This document shows positions 1 to 12,524 of a stretch of DNA of 64,000 nucleotides, piece after piece (the first letter of the stretch is position 1; every line of letters starts with the position of its first letter). The notes under the pieces were generated by a model that saw only the letters and a list, made by a program, of their open reading frames with translations, searched no databases and was not told the DNA's origin. Source of the DNA: Candidatus Aminicenantes bacterium (GTDB lineage Bacteria; Acidobacteriota; Aminicenantia; Aminicenantales; UBA8522). Made by a program: the position numbers and the translations under genes. Location: assembly GCA_963764885.1 (NCBI GenBank), contig CAVXUH010000009.1:331850-395849 (forward strand), in the 5' to 3' direction.

Positions 1-4
1 GACC

Positions 5-280
5 ATGAGCGAAGATAAAAAGACGGCGGTCTTCGAGGTCGTCTGCCCCTGCTGCCAGTCAGTGCTCTGGGTGGACGCGGTCAGCCGTCAGATCGTGAGG
101 ACCGAGAAGCACGCGGCCAAGAAGAAGGGGACGCTCGACGAGCTCCTGGAGAAAGAAAAAAAGCGGAAAGAAGGGTTCGACGACAAGTTCGAGGCCACCG
201 CGGAGCTCGAGCGGCAGAAAAAAGAGAAGGCCCGGGAAGCCTTCGATAAGGCGATCGGGCGGGCCGGCGAGGACGACTGA
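5..280 (+). CDS. small hypothetical protein, N-terminal CPCC zinc-ribbon-like motif followed by Lys/Glu-rich low-complexity tail
   Basis: 91-aa ORF in track; motif VVCPCCQSV; no recognisable family by eye. Confidence 0.3.
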   Translation: MSEDKKTAVFEVVCPCCQSVLWVDAVSRQIVRTEKHAAKKKGTLDELLEKEKKRKEGFDDKFEATAELERQKKEKAREAFDKAIGRAGEDD

Positions 281-284
281 ACGG

Positions 285-1642
285 TCAGGACCCCGCCCGG
301 GTTTCGTCGTCTCTGCACCTTCGGGGCCATGGTGAATCTCGAGAACCCGTAGGCCGCCAGGATGAAGATGGCGGCCCAGTTCGCCGATCGCCCAGGGCAC
401 GTAGCTCACCACCGGGACCCCGAGCGCGCCCGTGATGTAGACCCCGGCCATGCTCCAGGGGATGAGGGGGACGATGATGCCGCCGCACTCGTCGATGATC
501 CGGGAGAGGTTCTTGGCCGCGAGGTTTTTCTCCCGTAGACCGGGCCCGAGCAGCTCCCCGGGGATGATCACCGCGAGATAGGAGCTGCCGGTGACAGGGC
601 GGTCACGACGCACGAGCCGATCGTGACGGAGACGAGGCTGCCGGACCTTGCCGGGCGACCGTCATGACCCGGTCCAGGATGACCGCCAGCAGGCCCGTCT
701 TCTGCATGATCCCCCCGAAGCTGAAGGCGGTGAAGGCCACGAGCTGCGTCTCCATCATGCTCATCAGCCCGCCCCGGGCGAGCAGCTGGTCCACGGCCTC
801 GACGCCGGTGCGGGCCGGGTAGCCGGAGTTCACGGCCTGGGCGATCCGGACGAGCGTCTCACCCTGGAAGATGACGGCCAGGGCCGCGGCCGGAGCGAGG
901 AGAGGAGCATGCCCGGGATCGTCGGCCGCTTGGTGAAGGCGAGATAGAAGACGATGAGCATGGGCAGGAGGAGCAGGACGTTGAAGCGGAAGTTCTTCTC
1001 GCAGCGTCTCCAGGATGAGGGCCATCGTCCCGGACTGAGACCGTCCCGGCCTCGGTACTTCAGCCCGACGACGAAATAGACGGCCAGGCTCAGCAGCCAG
1101 CCCGGCACGGCCGACCACATCATGTGCTTGATGTGGTCGAAGAGGTTGGCCCCCGCCGTCACCGCGGCCAGGTTGGGGATGTCGGAGAAGGGCGACATCT
1201 TGTCGCCGAAGTAGGCTCCGGCCACGATCGCGCCCGCGGCCAGCCCGAGCGGCATCCCCAGTCCCAGGGCGATGCCGATGAAGGCGACGCCGACCGTCCC
1301 GATCGTCCCCCAGGACGTCCCGGTGGCCAGGGCCGTGATGCTGCAGACGAGGCAGGCCGTGACCAGGAAGAATTTGGGCGAGATGAGCTTGAGCCCGTAG
1401 TAGATGACCATCGGGATCGTCCCGCTGGCCATCCAGCGATCCGATCAGAACGCCCACGCGTGAGCATGATCAGGATGGCCGGCATGGCCTTGTGGATGCT
1501 CTCGACGATCCCCTTTTGCATGTCCTCCCAGCGGAAGCTGAGGAGGACGCCGAGGCCGCCCGTCAGGAAGGCCGCGGCGACGAGGAGGACCTGCGGCCGG
1601 ATCTTGTATATCGCCGTAGCCAACGCCGAGGAGGAGGCCCAT
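285..1642 (-). pseudogene. nhaC: Na+/H+ antiporter NhaC family, disrupted by at least 4-5 frameshifts
   Basis: Minus-strand ORF fragments 59..613, 603..1457, 830..1432, 1159..2376 (tail) and 1445..1642 together read as NhaC (e.g. MIYYGLKLISP...AGAIVAGAYFGDKMSPFSDIPNLAAVTAGANLFDHIKHM; C-terminal IIDECGGIIVPLIPWSMAGVYITGALGVP) but in different frames; boundaries approximate. Confidence 0.55.
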
Positions 1643-1727
1643 GGCGATGAGCGGGAGCAGGGCGACGCCAGAACGGGGGAGTTCGGCGGCCGCCGGCCGG
1701 TGCGGGGTTCTCTCCGGACATCCTTCC

Positions 1728-2912
1728 TTACCTGCCGCCGTCGGGGGGAGCGAAGGTGCACCGGGCCAGGACCTCGCCCCCGGCCATCATCCTCCGGCCG
1801 CGCGCCCAGACGTCGGTCAGGCCGAAATCCCCGTCGAGCAGGATGATGTCGGCATCCCGGCCCGGCTCGATCGCACCCTTGGCGTCGAGCCTGTAAAAAG
1901 CCGCGGGATTGCCGGCGAACAGGCGGGCGGCGTCCCCGGGACCGATGATCTTCTGTCGGAGGAGCGATTGGAGCGCCCGGAGAAGGTCCCGGGAGGTGGC
2001 GATCGTCAGGCCCACCAGGGTTCCTTGCCTGTCGAAAACGGGCACGCTGCCGTTGCTGTCCGAGCTGACCGTCACCTGCTTTAGGGGCACACCGCGCTCC
2101 AGGCAGCGGGAAACGGCCTCCTCGACGCTCAGCTCGCCGCTCGCCGGCCCCGGCTCGGGGCCGGCGGTCAGGTCGAAAAAACCCCCCGACCCGGCCCAGC
2201 GGATGGCCTCCTCGAACAGCTCGGGATTCCTGTTGACATGCGTCGGGATAACCTGGGTCGCCGGGATCTCGGTTTCCGCGATCAGCCGGAAAAGAAACTC
2301 GAGCCGCCGCGGTCCGTCTCCCAGATGGAGAAGGAGGACCCCTGCTTTGCCCCCGAGCAACCCGCCGACCCGGCATTCCGCAGCGAGCCGGGCGATCTCC
2401 TCGAACGCGGGCTGGGACGAGCGGTGGTCGGAAACGGCGATCTCGCCGGCGCCGATCACCTTGTCGATCAGGACAAGGTCGGAGCGGAGGCTCCCAGTGA
2501 AGGTGGGCGGGGGGACTTCATAGGCGCCCGCGAAAACGTAGGTGGATATCCCTTCGGCCTCGAGCGCCCGGGCCTTGGCCAGGAGCGATGGCAGCTGCCG
2601 GGTGACGCTGTCGGTCCCCAGGCAGCCGATGACCGTCGTCACGCCGCTCGACACGATCTCGCCGATGTCGATCTCGGGGGCCCGGGTCGTGGGGCCGCCC
2701 TCGCCGCCGCCGCCGAGGATGTGGGTGTGGCCGTCGACGATCCCCGGAAGGACGTGCTTGCCCCGCGCATCCACGTCTTCGACGGGCCAGCCGCCGAGCT
2801 CCAGCGCCCCCGGTTCGGCCAGCGTTTCGATGCGGCCGCCCGCCAGCAGGATGTCCCGGATCCCCGGACCTTCCGGCGTCTGCACGAAACCGTTTCTTAT
2901 GACCGTCGCCAC
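1728..2912 (-). CDS. iadA: isoaspartyl dipeptidase (beta-aspartyl peptidase), amidohydrolase fold
   Basis: 394-aa ORF; metal-binding GIVDGHTHILGGGGEGG, overall IadA-like length and motifs. Confidence 0.8.
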   Translation of the reverse strand: MATVIRNGFVQTPEGPGIRDILLAGGRIETLAEPGALELGGWPVEDVDARGKHVLPGIVDGHTHILGGGGEGGPTTRAPEIDIGEIVSSGVTTVIGCLGTDSVTRQLPSLLAKARALEAEGISTYVFAGAYEVPPPTFTGSLRSDLVLIDKVIGAGEIAVSDHRSSQPAFEEIARLAAECRVGGLLGGKAGVLLLHLGDGPRRLEFLFRLIAETEIPATQVIPTHVNRNPELFEEAIRWAGSGGFFDLTAGPEPGPASGELSVEEAVSRCLERGVPLKQVTVSSDSNGSVPVFDRQGTLVGLTIATSRDLLRALQSLLRQKIIGPGDAARLFAGNPAAFYRLDAKGAIEPGRDADIILLDGDFGLTDVWARGRRMMAGGEVLARCTFAPPDGGR

Positions 2913-3015
2913 GACACCCTCCCCCGGGGCCTTCCCCCGTCCGTCGTCCGACTCAAGTTATCACGGCCGCCGGACTTTTGCAATTTCCCGACTTTTGCTA
3001 GAATGAGATCACGAT

Positions 3016-3775
3016 ATGGCCACTTTCGAGGAAGAGTTCAAGAAGATCGAGCCCACGCTCCAGAGGTGGCTTTCGCTCCTTCTCCTGGGGAAGAAGATCG
3101 AAGTCCGGGGGGGGGGGCCATTTCGTTCTCGAGGGCCCGAGCATCATCGTGGGCAACCATTGTGGGGCGTTCAAGGACGTGGCCGTGGTTTTCAAGTCGG
3201 TGCCCCGGCCCATCTTTTTTACGGCGAACAGGGAGATCTTCAGCCACGAGGACTTCGACGCCCTTATTCGCAAACACCTGGTCCGCCATTTCGGCGAGTT
3301 CGGCATCGCCCTGAACTCCCTGGTGCGGCCCCTCAGGGACGCCCTTGTCCGCTTCGTCTCGACGAACATCGGCAAGGTCGGGACGATCCCCGTCAACCTG
3401 AGAGCTGGCCGGAACGACACCCGGCTCCAGATCGAGCGCTATCTGGAGAAGGGCCGGGCCGTTATCGCCCTCCAGGGGCGGGGCCGCGTCCAGGCCCGGG
3501 ACCCGCACCCCTACGTCAGCCGGTTCCGGCGCGGGACCTCGGCCATCGCCTACAGCCTGTACCGCGAAGCCGGGATCTCGGTGCCCGTCACACCCCTGGC
3601 GATCTATGGCTCCCAGAAGCCGTGGCTCGTCCCCGGGACGATCAAGGTCAACGTCGGCGAACCGATGTACATCCGCGACCAGATCGGGGCCGCGGCCAAC
3701 GAGGTCGTGGAGAGGTTCAGGCGGGCGCTCGAGGTGAGGGTTCAGGCCCTGTTTCTCGAGCTGGTGAAAGACTAG
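3016..3775 (+). CDS. PlsC-family 1-acyl-sn-glycerol-3-phosphate/lysophospholipid acyltransferase, with a frameshift inside a G10 homopolymer
   Basis: ORF 3016.. reads ...KKIEVRGGG, then loses frame in ggggggggg at about 3106-3116; removing one G gives IEVRGGGHFVLEGPSIIVGNHCGAFKD (acyltransferase HX4D motif NHCGAFKD), continuing as ORF 3149..3775. Confidence 0.6.
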
Positions 3776-4725
3776 ATCTCGAACCGGCCGTCGCGGAGGA
3801 TGGTTTTCCCCCCGGCCTTGATGGTGACTTTCTCCACCAGCGCGTCATAGTGGTGCGGGCTCGAGTTTTTTCCCAAACCGTAGGAGTCGCCGATGGCGAA
3901 GTGGGCCGTGCCGAACGCCTTTTCCGCCTCCAGCATGTTCGGCGAGACCCGGGCGCCGGGGTTGGTCCCGATCCCGAACTCGCCGATGACCCGGCCCGTC
4001 GGGTCATCGCCCACCAGCCGGAGGATGGCCGTGACGCCGCGGCCCCGCCCGCCGACCAGCCGCCCCTTCCGGAATTCCAGGACCCCGGGGCCGAGCTTGT
4101 CATCGATCAGGCTGAGCGCCACCTTCCCGTTGAAGCTGTCCTCGACCGGAGCGGTGTAGCACTCGCCGGCGGGCAGGTTCCCATGGGCCCCCTTCCGGCG
4201 GATATCGCCGGCGTCGGCCACCCAGCGCCGGCCCTCGACGCTGAATCGAAGGGATGTGCCGGCGGCGTTGGTGACCTCGATGTCGGCCGCGCCCCGAATC
4301 CGCCCGGATCACCCTCTCCGTGAAACGCTTGAGCTCGGGGTAATCGATGTTGACGAGACGGACCATCATCTCCCGGGTGAGCCCGGGCATCATCAGGATC
4401 CGCGACCGGGTCCGGCCCGTCTTGACCAGGAAGCCGCGAAATGGCTTTTCCTCGACCCGGGCTTCGAGTACGTAGGCGATGGCGGTCGCCCTCTCGGCCG
4501 CTTCCCGAAGCAGGCGGGTGGGCTCGACGATCGGCCTCAGGCTCTCAATCATGAGATAGGTGGTCGTCTCGGCGCCCGCCCGCTTGGCCCAGAAAGCGAG
4601 CGCCTCGGCGATCTCGAGCCTGGCGCTCGTCCGTCACCAGGAGGAAGCGCTCGCCCGGCCGGAGCCGGAGCGACTGCCGAATGGCCCGTTCCGCCGCCTC
4701 GTGGAGCTTGTTCACGCGAAACACC
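3772..4725 (-). CDS. M29 family aminopeptidase (AmpS/PepS/aminopeptidase T-like), two apparent frameshifts
   Basis: C-terminal part (ORF 3772..4221: ...NLPAGECYTAPVEDSFNGKV...GEFGIGTNPGARV...FAIGDSYG) and middle part (ORF 4100..4552) match aminopeptidase T/AmpS; N-terminus (VFRVNKLHEAAERAIRQSLRLRPGERFLLVTDE) lies in a third frame, putative GTG start about 4725. Confidence 0.55.
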
Positions 4726-4752
4726 AGGGCATCGCGCCGTCGGGGCCGCCCG

Positions 4753-6679
4753 CTACTCGCTGCCCTCGAACCGGCTCATGATATCGTTGTTGACCTGGGT
4801 GAAGAGGTCGTAGTTGACCTTGACCTTCATCTCATTCCGCAGCTTTTCGAGATAGGCCTGGAGGAACCTGTTCTTTTTCTGCTCGAGCACGCTGTCCCTC
4901 TCGGTCCCGACGTTCTTTTCGAACTCGGCCCGGTCCGCCTGCTTGCGCTCGAGGACGCGGATGACCGCATAGCCGGCCGCGAACTCGACGGGCTCGCTGG
5001 CCTGGTTGAGCGGCAGGCCGAAGGCCAGCCGGTCGATCTCGGGGTTCTCGCCGATGACGGCCAGGTATTGCTCTTTCTTGTGGTCATTGATCAGCTTGTA
5101 CTCGAGCCCAAGCTTGGCGGCGCCCTCTTCCCAGCTCTTGGCGCCGAGCTTTGGCAGCGCCTCGCGGACTTTGGCGAGGGTGATCTCCTTGCGCCTGGCC
5201 GTCCGCAGGTCCCTCTCGACATCGGCCTTGACCTCCTCGAAGGCGGCCGGCCGGGGAGGGTCGATCTTGTCGAGCTGGACGATGCCGGTCCCGGTGAACA
5301 TGGGGATGGCCTCCGAGATCTCACGGTCCTTTAGGCCGAAGAGGGCCTGGCTGATCGAGCCGGCCGGGTCGACCTCCTCCAGGGACTGGCCGGCTTTGAG
5401 CGGGCCGGTGGATTTGATCTTGTAGCCCTCCTTCTGGGCGGCGACATCGAGGCTCTTGTCGCGGAGGGCGGTTTTGGCCAGCCCGCCGATTTTGCCGGCC
5501 GCCAGGTCCCGGGCCTTCTGGTCCTCGAGGATCGAGCGGATCCTCGCCTTGACGATGTCGAGCGGCTGGGTCTTCTCCGGCTCCTTCTCCGTCACCTTCA
5601 GGATGGCGACCCCATCGGGCCGCTCGATCTTTCCTGAGACCTCGGACACCCCCAGCTTGCGGATGGCGGTGACTTCGTTGGTCGAGAGCTGGGCCCAGGC
5701 GTCGAAGCCCCAGTCGCCGCCGTCCTTGGCCTTGTCGTCCTGGGAATAGGTTCTGGCGAGCTGGGCGAAATCCTCTCCCTTGGCCAGCCGGTCCAGGATC
5801 GATTGGGCCTGCTCGGGACCGCCCGCCGCCCCCTTCTTGGCCATCGACAGGAATATCCGGCTGGCCCGGATCCTCTCCGGCTCCTTGAACTGGTCGGCGT
5901 TGTCTTTGTAGTACTTCTCGACGTCGGCGTCGGTCACCTGGACGTCCTTCTTCAGATCATCGGTCCGGAGAAGCAGATAGGTCCCCTCGCGCCTCTCGGG
6001 AAGGGCGTATTTGTCCTTGTTCTTCTCGAAATACGCCTGCAGCTCGGCCGTGGTCAGAGGCTGGTCGTAGGTGGCCTTGCTTTCCTCGAGCATCACGTAC
6101 TCGAGCTTGGCCGAATCGGTCTTTTTCTGGTACTCGGACCACAGCTCTTCGGGCGTCACGGCGATGCCGGCCGTCAGAAGCTGGATGAGCTTGTTGATGG
6201 CGATCTCGGTCTTCAGGTTGTCCTCGAATTCGCCGACGGACAGCCGGTTGTAGGACAGGAGGCGGCGGTACTCTTCGACGCCGATGAACTTGCCGTCGCG
6301 CTGGAACATGGCCACGACCCGGTCGTTGACCTCCTTGTCGGAGGCGCGTGATCCCCATCTCGGACGCCTTCCGGCGCAGCACGTACTGCTGGACCATTTG
6401 CTCGAGGACCTGCTGAGGGATGTTGAGCTGCTGGATGAAGCTCTTGTTGAGCTGCTTGAACTCTTTCTGGAGGGATTCCAGCCGCTGGCGCAGGACGTTA
6501 TAGTAAGCGTCCATGGAGATCTTGTCCCCGCCGACCGTGGCCACGGTCTCGGAGCGGGCCTTCTCGCCCAGCCGGCCGGCGCCGCCCCACACCGCGAAGA
6601 TGGCGATGATGAATGTGGCGATGACGATCCACAGGGTGGGCGCAAGGGATTTGACGTTCTTTCTCATCGTTTTCAGCAT
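4753..6679 (-). CDS. ppiD: periplasmic chaperone/peptidyl-prolyl isomerase PpiD-like (SurA-like), one apparent frameshift near 6350
   Basis: N-terminal TM anchor MLKTMRKNVKSLAPTLWIVIATFIIAIFAVWGG in ORF 5957..6679; remainder in ORF 4753..6645 (frame differs); total about 640 aa typical for PpiD. Confidence 0.6.
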
Positions 6680-6724
6680 GGTGTCTCCTCGAACTCGTCG
6701 CTGAAGATTTATCGGATCGCGCCG

Positions 6725-7874
<1,150 letters not shown>

Positions 7875-8388
7875 TCGGGCCTTCTCCTCTTCGGCTCCGC
7901 GCCGCCTCCCTGGCGAAGAGGGGCGCGAGCCGGGAGTAGGTCAGGTCGAGGTCCTCGATGACGACGCGCGTCCGGCTGACGAGCGGCATGAAGTTCGAGT
8001 CGCCCGGCCAGCGGGGAATGACGTGGAGATGGTAGTGGTCGACGACCCCGGCGCCGGCGCTCCGGCCGAGGTTCAGGCCGGCGTTGAAGCCCTGCGGCCG
8101 ATAGGCCCTCTTCAGGACGCGGAGGCTCAGCTTGAGGAGGTCGGCCAGCTCGTCGCTGGCCTCCTTGGGCGCCCGGACGAAGGCCGCGAGTGCCGGTAGG
8201 GCGCGATCATCAGATGGCCGGGAGTGTAGGGAAACTTGTTGAGGATGATGAAGTTATGCCGTCCCCGGTGGACGATGAACGACGCCGCGTCATCGCCCCG
8301 CCGGGCGGCCTCGCAGAAGATGCAGCCTTTCTGCCGGCGCGACCTGGCGCACGTATTTTCCCCTCCACGGAGCCGCGATATATTCCAT
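7875..8388 (-). CDS. HIT (histidine triad) family hydrolase, one apparent frameshift near 8230-8290; C-terminus runs in-frame into the acyl-CoA dehydrogenase start with no stop codon
   Basis: MEYIAAPWRGKYV...GCIFCEAA...HNFIILNKFPYTPGH...LNLGRSAGAGVVDHYHLHVIPRWPGDSNFMPLVSRTRVVIEDLDLTYSRL read from the minus strand; HxHxHxx motif present. Confidence 0.55.
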
Positions 8389-8664
8389 CAGCGATTGATC
8401 ATTTCCTTGAGGAGCTTGCTGGGCTTGAAGAACAGGACCTTTTTCGGCGGGACCTTGACGGGTGCGCCGGTCCGCGGATTCCGTCCCGAGCGGGAGGTCC
8501 GCTTGCGGAAGCGGAAGCTCCCGAACCCGCGGATCTCGATCTCCTCCCCCTTGAGGATGGCGTCCTTGATCGACTGGAAAGAACAGGTCGACCCCATCTT
8601 CGGCTTCCTGCTTGGGGATGTTCATCTCCTTGGCGATCCTGCCGACGAGGTCAGCTTTAATCAT
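8388..8664 (-). CDS. HU/IHF family DNA-binding protein, one apparent frameshift
   Basis: N-terminus MIKADLVGRIAKEMNIPKQEAE (frame of ORF 8290..8664) plus C-terminus GEEIEIRGFGSFRFRKRTSRSGRNPRTGAPVKVPPKKVLFFKPSKLLKEMIN (ORF 8388..8597). Confidence 0.6.
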
Positions 8665-10408
8665 GGTTCTCCCTCCAGGTTCTTGGTTCCCTTCTTGGAT
8701 GAGCTGAGATTCTTGAGCTGGTCCCTCATGATGTCGCCGAAGGTCATGCGCTGGTCCTGGCCGCTGATGAACTTCTGGTATTCCATCTTCTGCAGCTCGA
8801 GCTGGGCCAGCCGGAAGCTGAGCGAGATCTTCTTCTCCCGGGGGTTCATCTTGATGATCTTGGCGTTGCGCTCTTCGCCCACGGAAAACGCCTCCTTGGC
8901 GTTGTCGATCTTCTTTTCGTCGAGCTCGGACAGGAAGACGACGCCCTCGATCCCGGGCGTGATCTCGACGAACACGCCGAAATCGACGATCCGGACGATC
9001 CTCACCTTAACGAGGTCGCCGACCTTCTGGCGGGTGAAGAAATCCTCCCAGATGTCGCCGCCGAGCTGCTTGATGCCGAGCGAGACCTTCTGTTTGTCGA
9101 CGTCGATGTTGAGGATGACGGCCTCGGCCTCCTGGCCGACCTGCGAGGCGCTCCGAGGGATGCTTGATCTTCTCCCAGGTGATGTCCGAGATGTGGATGA
9201 GCCCCTCGATCCCGGGCTCGACCTCCAGGAAAGCGCCGAAATCCGTGATGCTCGTGATCTTGCCCTTGACGCGCGCGCCCGGGGAGTATTTCTGGCGGAG
9301 CAGCTCCAGGGGATGGGGCGACGACTGCTTGAGCCCCAGGGAGATCCTCTTGGTGTCGGGGTTGACGTCCAGGATGGTGACCGTGACCTCTTCGCCGACC
9401 GTGAGGAGCTTCTTGGGATGGACGAGCTTCCGGGACCAGGTCAGGTCGGAGATGTGGACCAGTCCCTCGACGCCCTTCTCGAGCTCGACGAAGGCGCCGA
9501 AATCGGTCAGGCTGACCACCCGGCCGCTGACCTTCTGGCCCGCGGCGTATTTCTGCTGGACGGTTTTCCAGGGGTCTTCGGTGAGCTGCTTGGTAGCCGA
9601 GCGAGATCTTCTCGTCCTTCTCGTTGAAATCCAGGACGACGACCTCGACCTCCTGGCCGACGCTGAACAGCTCCGAGGGGTGGGCGATCTTCCCCCAGGA
9701 CATATCGGAGACGTGGAGCAGGCCTTCGATGCCGCCGATATCGACGAAGGCGCCGAAGCTCGTCAGCGAGCGCACCTGGCCCTTCAGCCGCTCGCCCTTG
9801 ACCAGGTGGCTGAAGACCCGCTTCTTCTTTTTCTCGCGCTCGTCCTGGAGGTAGAGCTTCCGCGAGAGGACGGCGTTCTCGGTCTTCCGGTCGAACTTGA
9901 TCACCTTGAACTTGAACGTCTGGCCGACCAGCTTGTCCGGCTCCCGAACCATCCGGATATCGGCGTGCGATTCCGGGAGGAAGGCGTCGATGCCGACGTT
10001 GACGGTGAAGCCGCCGCGGGTCCGCTCCTTGACCTTGCCGGTGACCCAGCCGCGGGTGGCGTAGGCCTTGTCCAGCTGGTCGATGGCCCGGATCGTGTCC
10101 GCGCCCTTCTTGGAGAGGACGAGATAGCCCTCCTTGGCGTCGTTCCTTTCCATGGTGGCTTCGATCTCGTCGCCGGGCTTCAGCGCCTTGACCTCGGCCT
10201 CCTCGAATTCCTCGACGGGGATGACGCCCTCAGACTTGAACCCGATATCGACGAGCACGCTCTGGGCCGTGACCTTGATCACCCGCCCCCGGACGACCTT
10301 GCCGGTCGAGACCTCGCTGGCGCTGAACTGGTACTTGTCCAGCAGCTGCTCATAGTCTTCGGAGCTGATTTTTTCGTCTTTGTCCGCGGATTTTTTTAGC
10401 TCTGCCAT
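8661..10408 (-). CDS. rpsA: 30S ribosomal protein S1, two apparent frameshifts (near 9590 and 9005)
   Basis: Multiple S1 repeats (GQVRSLTSFGAFVDIGGIEGLLHVSDMSW; GRVVSLTDFGAFVELEKGVEGLVHISDLTW; ITDFGAFLEVEPGIEGLIHISDITW; IVRIVDFGVFVEITPGIEGVVFLSEL) spread over ORFs 9002..10408, 9007..9519 and 8661..9005. Confidence 0.8.
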
Positions 10409-11274
10409 TGGACTCGGTTCTCCCTTTGCGATGAGTGTTCGAAGCTATTTCTGATTTTGGCCACGGCTTCGGCGATGGCTTCGGGGGGAGTGGACGCTCC
10501 CCCGGAAACGCCGACGACCTTCGCTTGCTTGAGCAGGCGTGGGGTAATCTGGCTGGCGTTTTCGATAAAATGGGTGGCGGGCAGGATGCGCTTCGAGATC
10601 TCGTAGAGCTTGTGGGTGTTGGAGCTGTTCCGGCCGCCGACGATGAACAGGACGTCCACCCGGCCGGCCAGGTCGGAGGTGGCCTTCTGGCGGGTCTGGG
10701 TGGACCGGCAGATCGTGTTGTAGACCTCGAGCTTCTCCGTCTTCTCGAGCAGCGCGGCCACGACCCGGCCGAAGAGGAGAACGTCCTGGGTGGACTGGGC
10801 CAGGACGGCCCGGCTTGCCCGGCGGGGCCGGCGGCGCGCCTGCTCCTCGTTCTCGATGATCTGCCCGCGGCCGCGGCTGTAGCCGAGGAGGCCCTGGATC
10901 TCGGGATGGGCCGGGTCGCCGACGATGACGATATCGGCCTGGCGGCGGGCCAGCCCCTCGACGAGCTGCTGGATGCGCTTGACGATCGGGCAGGTGGCGT
11001 CGACGACCTCGATCCCTTTCTTCTTCAGGGCCTGGTAGACGGCGGGAGCGACCCCGTGGCTCCGGATGACGACCGTACCTTCGCCCACATCGGCGGGGTC
11101 GTCCACCGACTCGAGGCCGAGCGCCTCGAGGTCGGCGATGACCCTCGGGTTGTGGATGAGCTCGCCCAGGGTCACGACCCGTCCGGCGCGCCGGCGGCGG
11201 GTCTGCTTGGCCAGCGTCAGGGCGCGCTTGACGCCGTAGCAGAGACCGGAGTGTGAGGCGATGATGATTTCCAT
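10396..11274 (-). CDS. ispH: 4-hydroxy-3-methylbut-2-enyl diphosphate reductase
   Basis: MEIIIASHSGLCYGVKRAL...DATCPIVKRIQ...NTICRSTQTRQ...SSNTHKLYEI; typical ispH-rpsA adjacency; ATG at 11274 (the ORF-track TTG start at 11292 is less likely). Confidence 0.85.
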   Translation of the reverse strand: MEIIIASHSGLCYGVKRALTLAKQTRRRRAGRVVTLGELIHNPRVIADLEALGLESVDDPADVGEGTVVIRSHGVAPAVYQALKKKGIEVVDATCPIVKRIQQLVEGLARRQADIVIVGDPAHPEIQGLLGYSRGRGQIIENEEQARRRPRRASRAVLAQSTQDVLLFGRVVAALLEKTEKLEVYNTICRSTQTRQKATSDLAGRVDVLFIVGGRNSSNTHKLYEISKRILPATHFIENASQITPRLLKQAKVVGVSGGASTPPEAIAEAVAKIRNSFEHSSQRENRVQWQS

Positions 11275-11292
11275 ATCTGATGGGAAAAACAA

Positions 11293-11352
11293 CGCCCCAT
11301 ACTATCGGAACGTCCTTTTTTTGTCAATGCTAAGTGTAGGTATATTCTTGAC
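11293..11352 (-). promoter_or_regulatory. sigma70-like promoter for ispH-rpsA (-35 TTGACA, 18-nt spacer, -10 TAGTAT) read on minus strand
   Basis: rc reads cattgacaaaaaaaggacgttccgatagtatggggcg... about 24 nt upstream of the ispH ATG. Confidence 0.4.
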
Positions 11353-12522
11353 TTAGCCGGGCCTAGGGACGGTCTCCTTCGAGCCCTCTCCCGCGGGCTG
11401 AAGGAAGGCGCCGAGACCCTTCTCGAGTACCCGCGCGAAAGGCGGAAAGTTGTCGATGGCAACCGATTTTTCCGGCTCGAGGTCGCCCAGGCCGCGGACG
11501 ATGGCCTCGACCGCCGCGAGATGGCGGGCGACGCGCTCCGCGAGCGGGATTCCCTCCTCGCCATAGGGCACGAACAGCCTCCCCAGCCGGGACGCCCGCG
11601 CGTAGAACTTGTCCTTGCCGTCCACGATCAGCGACGACGAGGGCTGGCCCTTCAGCCGGCCGTGCGAGGCGTTGGGCGTTTCGAGGAGGATGGCCTTGAT
11701 GCCGGCGCGGTCGCCCCATTCCCGGTGGCTCAGGCCGCGCAGGTTGACGGGCGAGGCCTCGAGCCGGATGTCGATGCCCTCGCCCTGGAGGTCGAGCGCC
11801 GCCGTGGCGGCCAGCTCGGAGCTGTTCTCGTGGAAGACGATGGCGTTGATGACCGGATACTCGGGCGCGGACTCATGGAGGTCGATGCCCAGGTCGACCC
11901 GCTCGCGCCGGATGAGCTCCATGACGGCGAAGGCGATCCTCTCCGTCAGCAGGCCCCTTTCCCGTCCCGGGAAGCAGCGGTTGAGGTTCCGGACCTCGTT
12001 CCCGCTCAGCTCCTGGCCGGCGGGGTTGATGTAGACGGCCGGGTCGGGCCACTGGTCGACCGGGTTGGTCAGCCGCGAGCCCAGCCGGAACTCACGGGCG
12101 CCGCCCCGCGGCAGCGGGACGAAAAACCGCTGCGGGTTGCCTTCCTGGGGGTCGCTGTGGCTGAACCCGCTGTGGTTGGCGCGCGGGATGATGATGACCG
12201 TCCCCCGGCGGACGCGGATATTTTCGGCCAGGACGACGGCCGTGACATAGCCGGCCGGCTCGTTGGGGTGGGTGCCGCCCAGGATGAGAACGGTCCCGCC
12301 CTCTTCCGCGCCGCGAAAGAAATAAACGTCGGTGTCCCCGTGCGAGCCGGCGAGTCCGGGCAGGTAGGCGCTCAACGGCTTCCTCTCGGAGAGCCCGGCG
12401 CCCGGATAGATGGGCTCGTCCCGGTGCATGCCGAGGAAGCTTTCGCCCGCGAAAAAAGCGGCGGCCGCCGTCACCAGGAGAAAGATCCCGGCGGTCAGCG
12501 GCGTTCCCTTGATCTCTTTCAT
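11353..12522 (-). CDS. secreted AstE/AspA-family (succinylglutamate desuccinylase/aspartoacylase, M14-like) zinc hydrolase
   Basis: Starts MKEIKGTPLTAGIFLLVTAAAAFFA (signal peptide) inside the 864-aa composite ORF; motifs LILGGTHPNEPAG and DLHES typical of the family. Confidence 0.6.
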   Translation of the reverse strand: MKEIKGTPLTAGIFLLVTAAAAFFAGESFLGMHRDEPIYPGAGLSERKPLSAYLPGLAGSHGDTDVYFFRGAEEGGTVLILGGTHPNEPAGYVTAVVLAENIRVRRGTVIIIPRANHSGFSHSDPQEGNPQRFFVPLPRGGAREFRLGSRLTNPVDQWPDPAVYINPAGQELSGNEVRNLNRCFPGRERGLLTERIAFAVMELIRRERVDLGIDLHESAPEYPVINAIVFHENSSELAATAALDLQGEGIDIRLEASPVNLRGLSHREWGDRAGIKAILLETPNASHGRLKGQPSSSLIVDGKDKFYARASRLGRLFVPYGEEGIPLAERVARHLAAVEAIVRGLGDLEPEKSVAIDNFPPFARVLEKGLGAFLQPAGEGSKETVPRPG

Positions 12523-12524
12523 GG

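Noticed and set aside
9164-10399. 411-aa plus-strand ORF antisense to rpsA, and similar antisense ORFs opposite ispH (10435..11256), GGT (15631..16575), glnA (19831..20967), PolX (60328..62838 upper part)
   Set aside because: Spurious high-GC antisense ORFs; the opposite strand encodes strongly conserved proteins.
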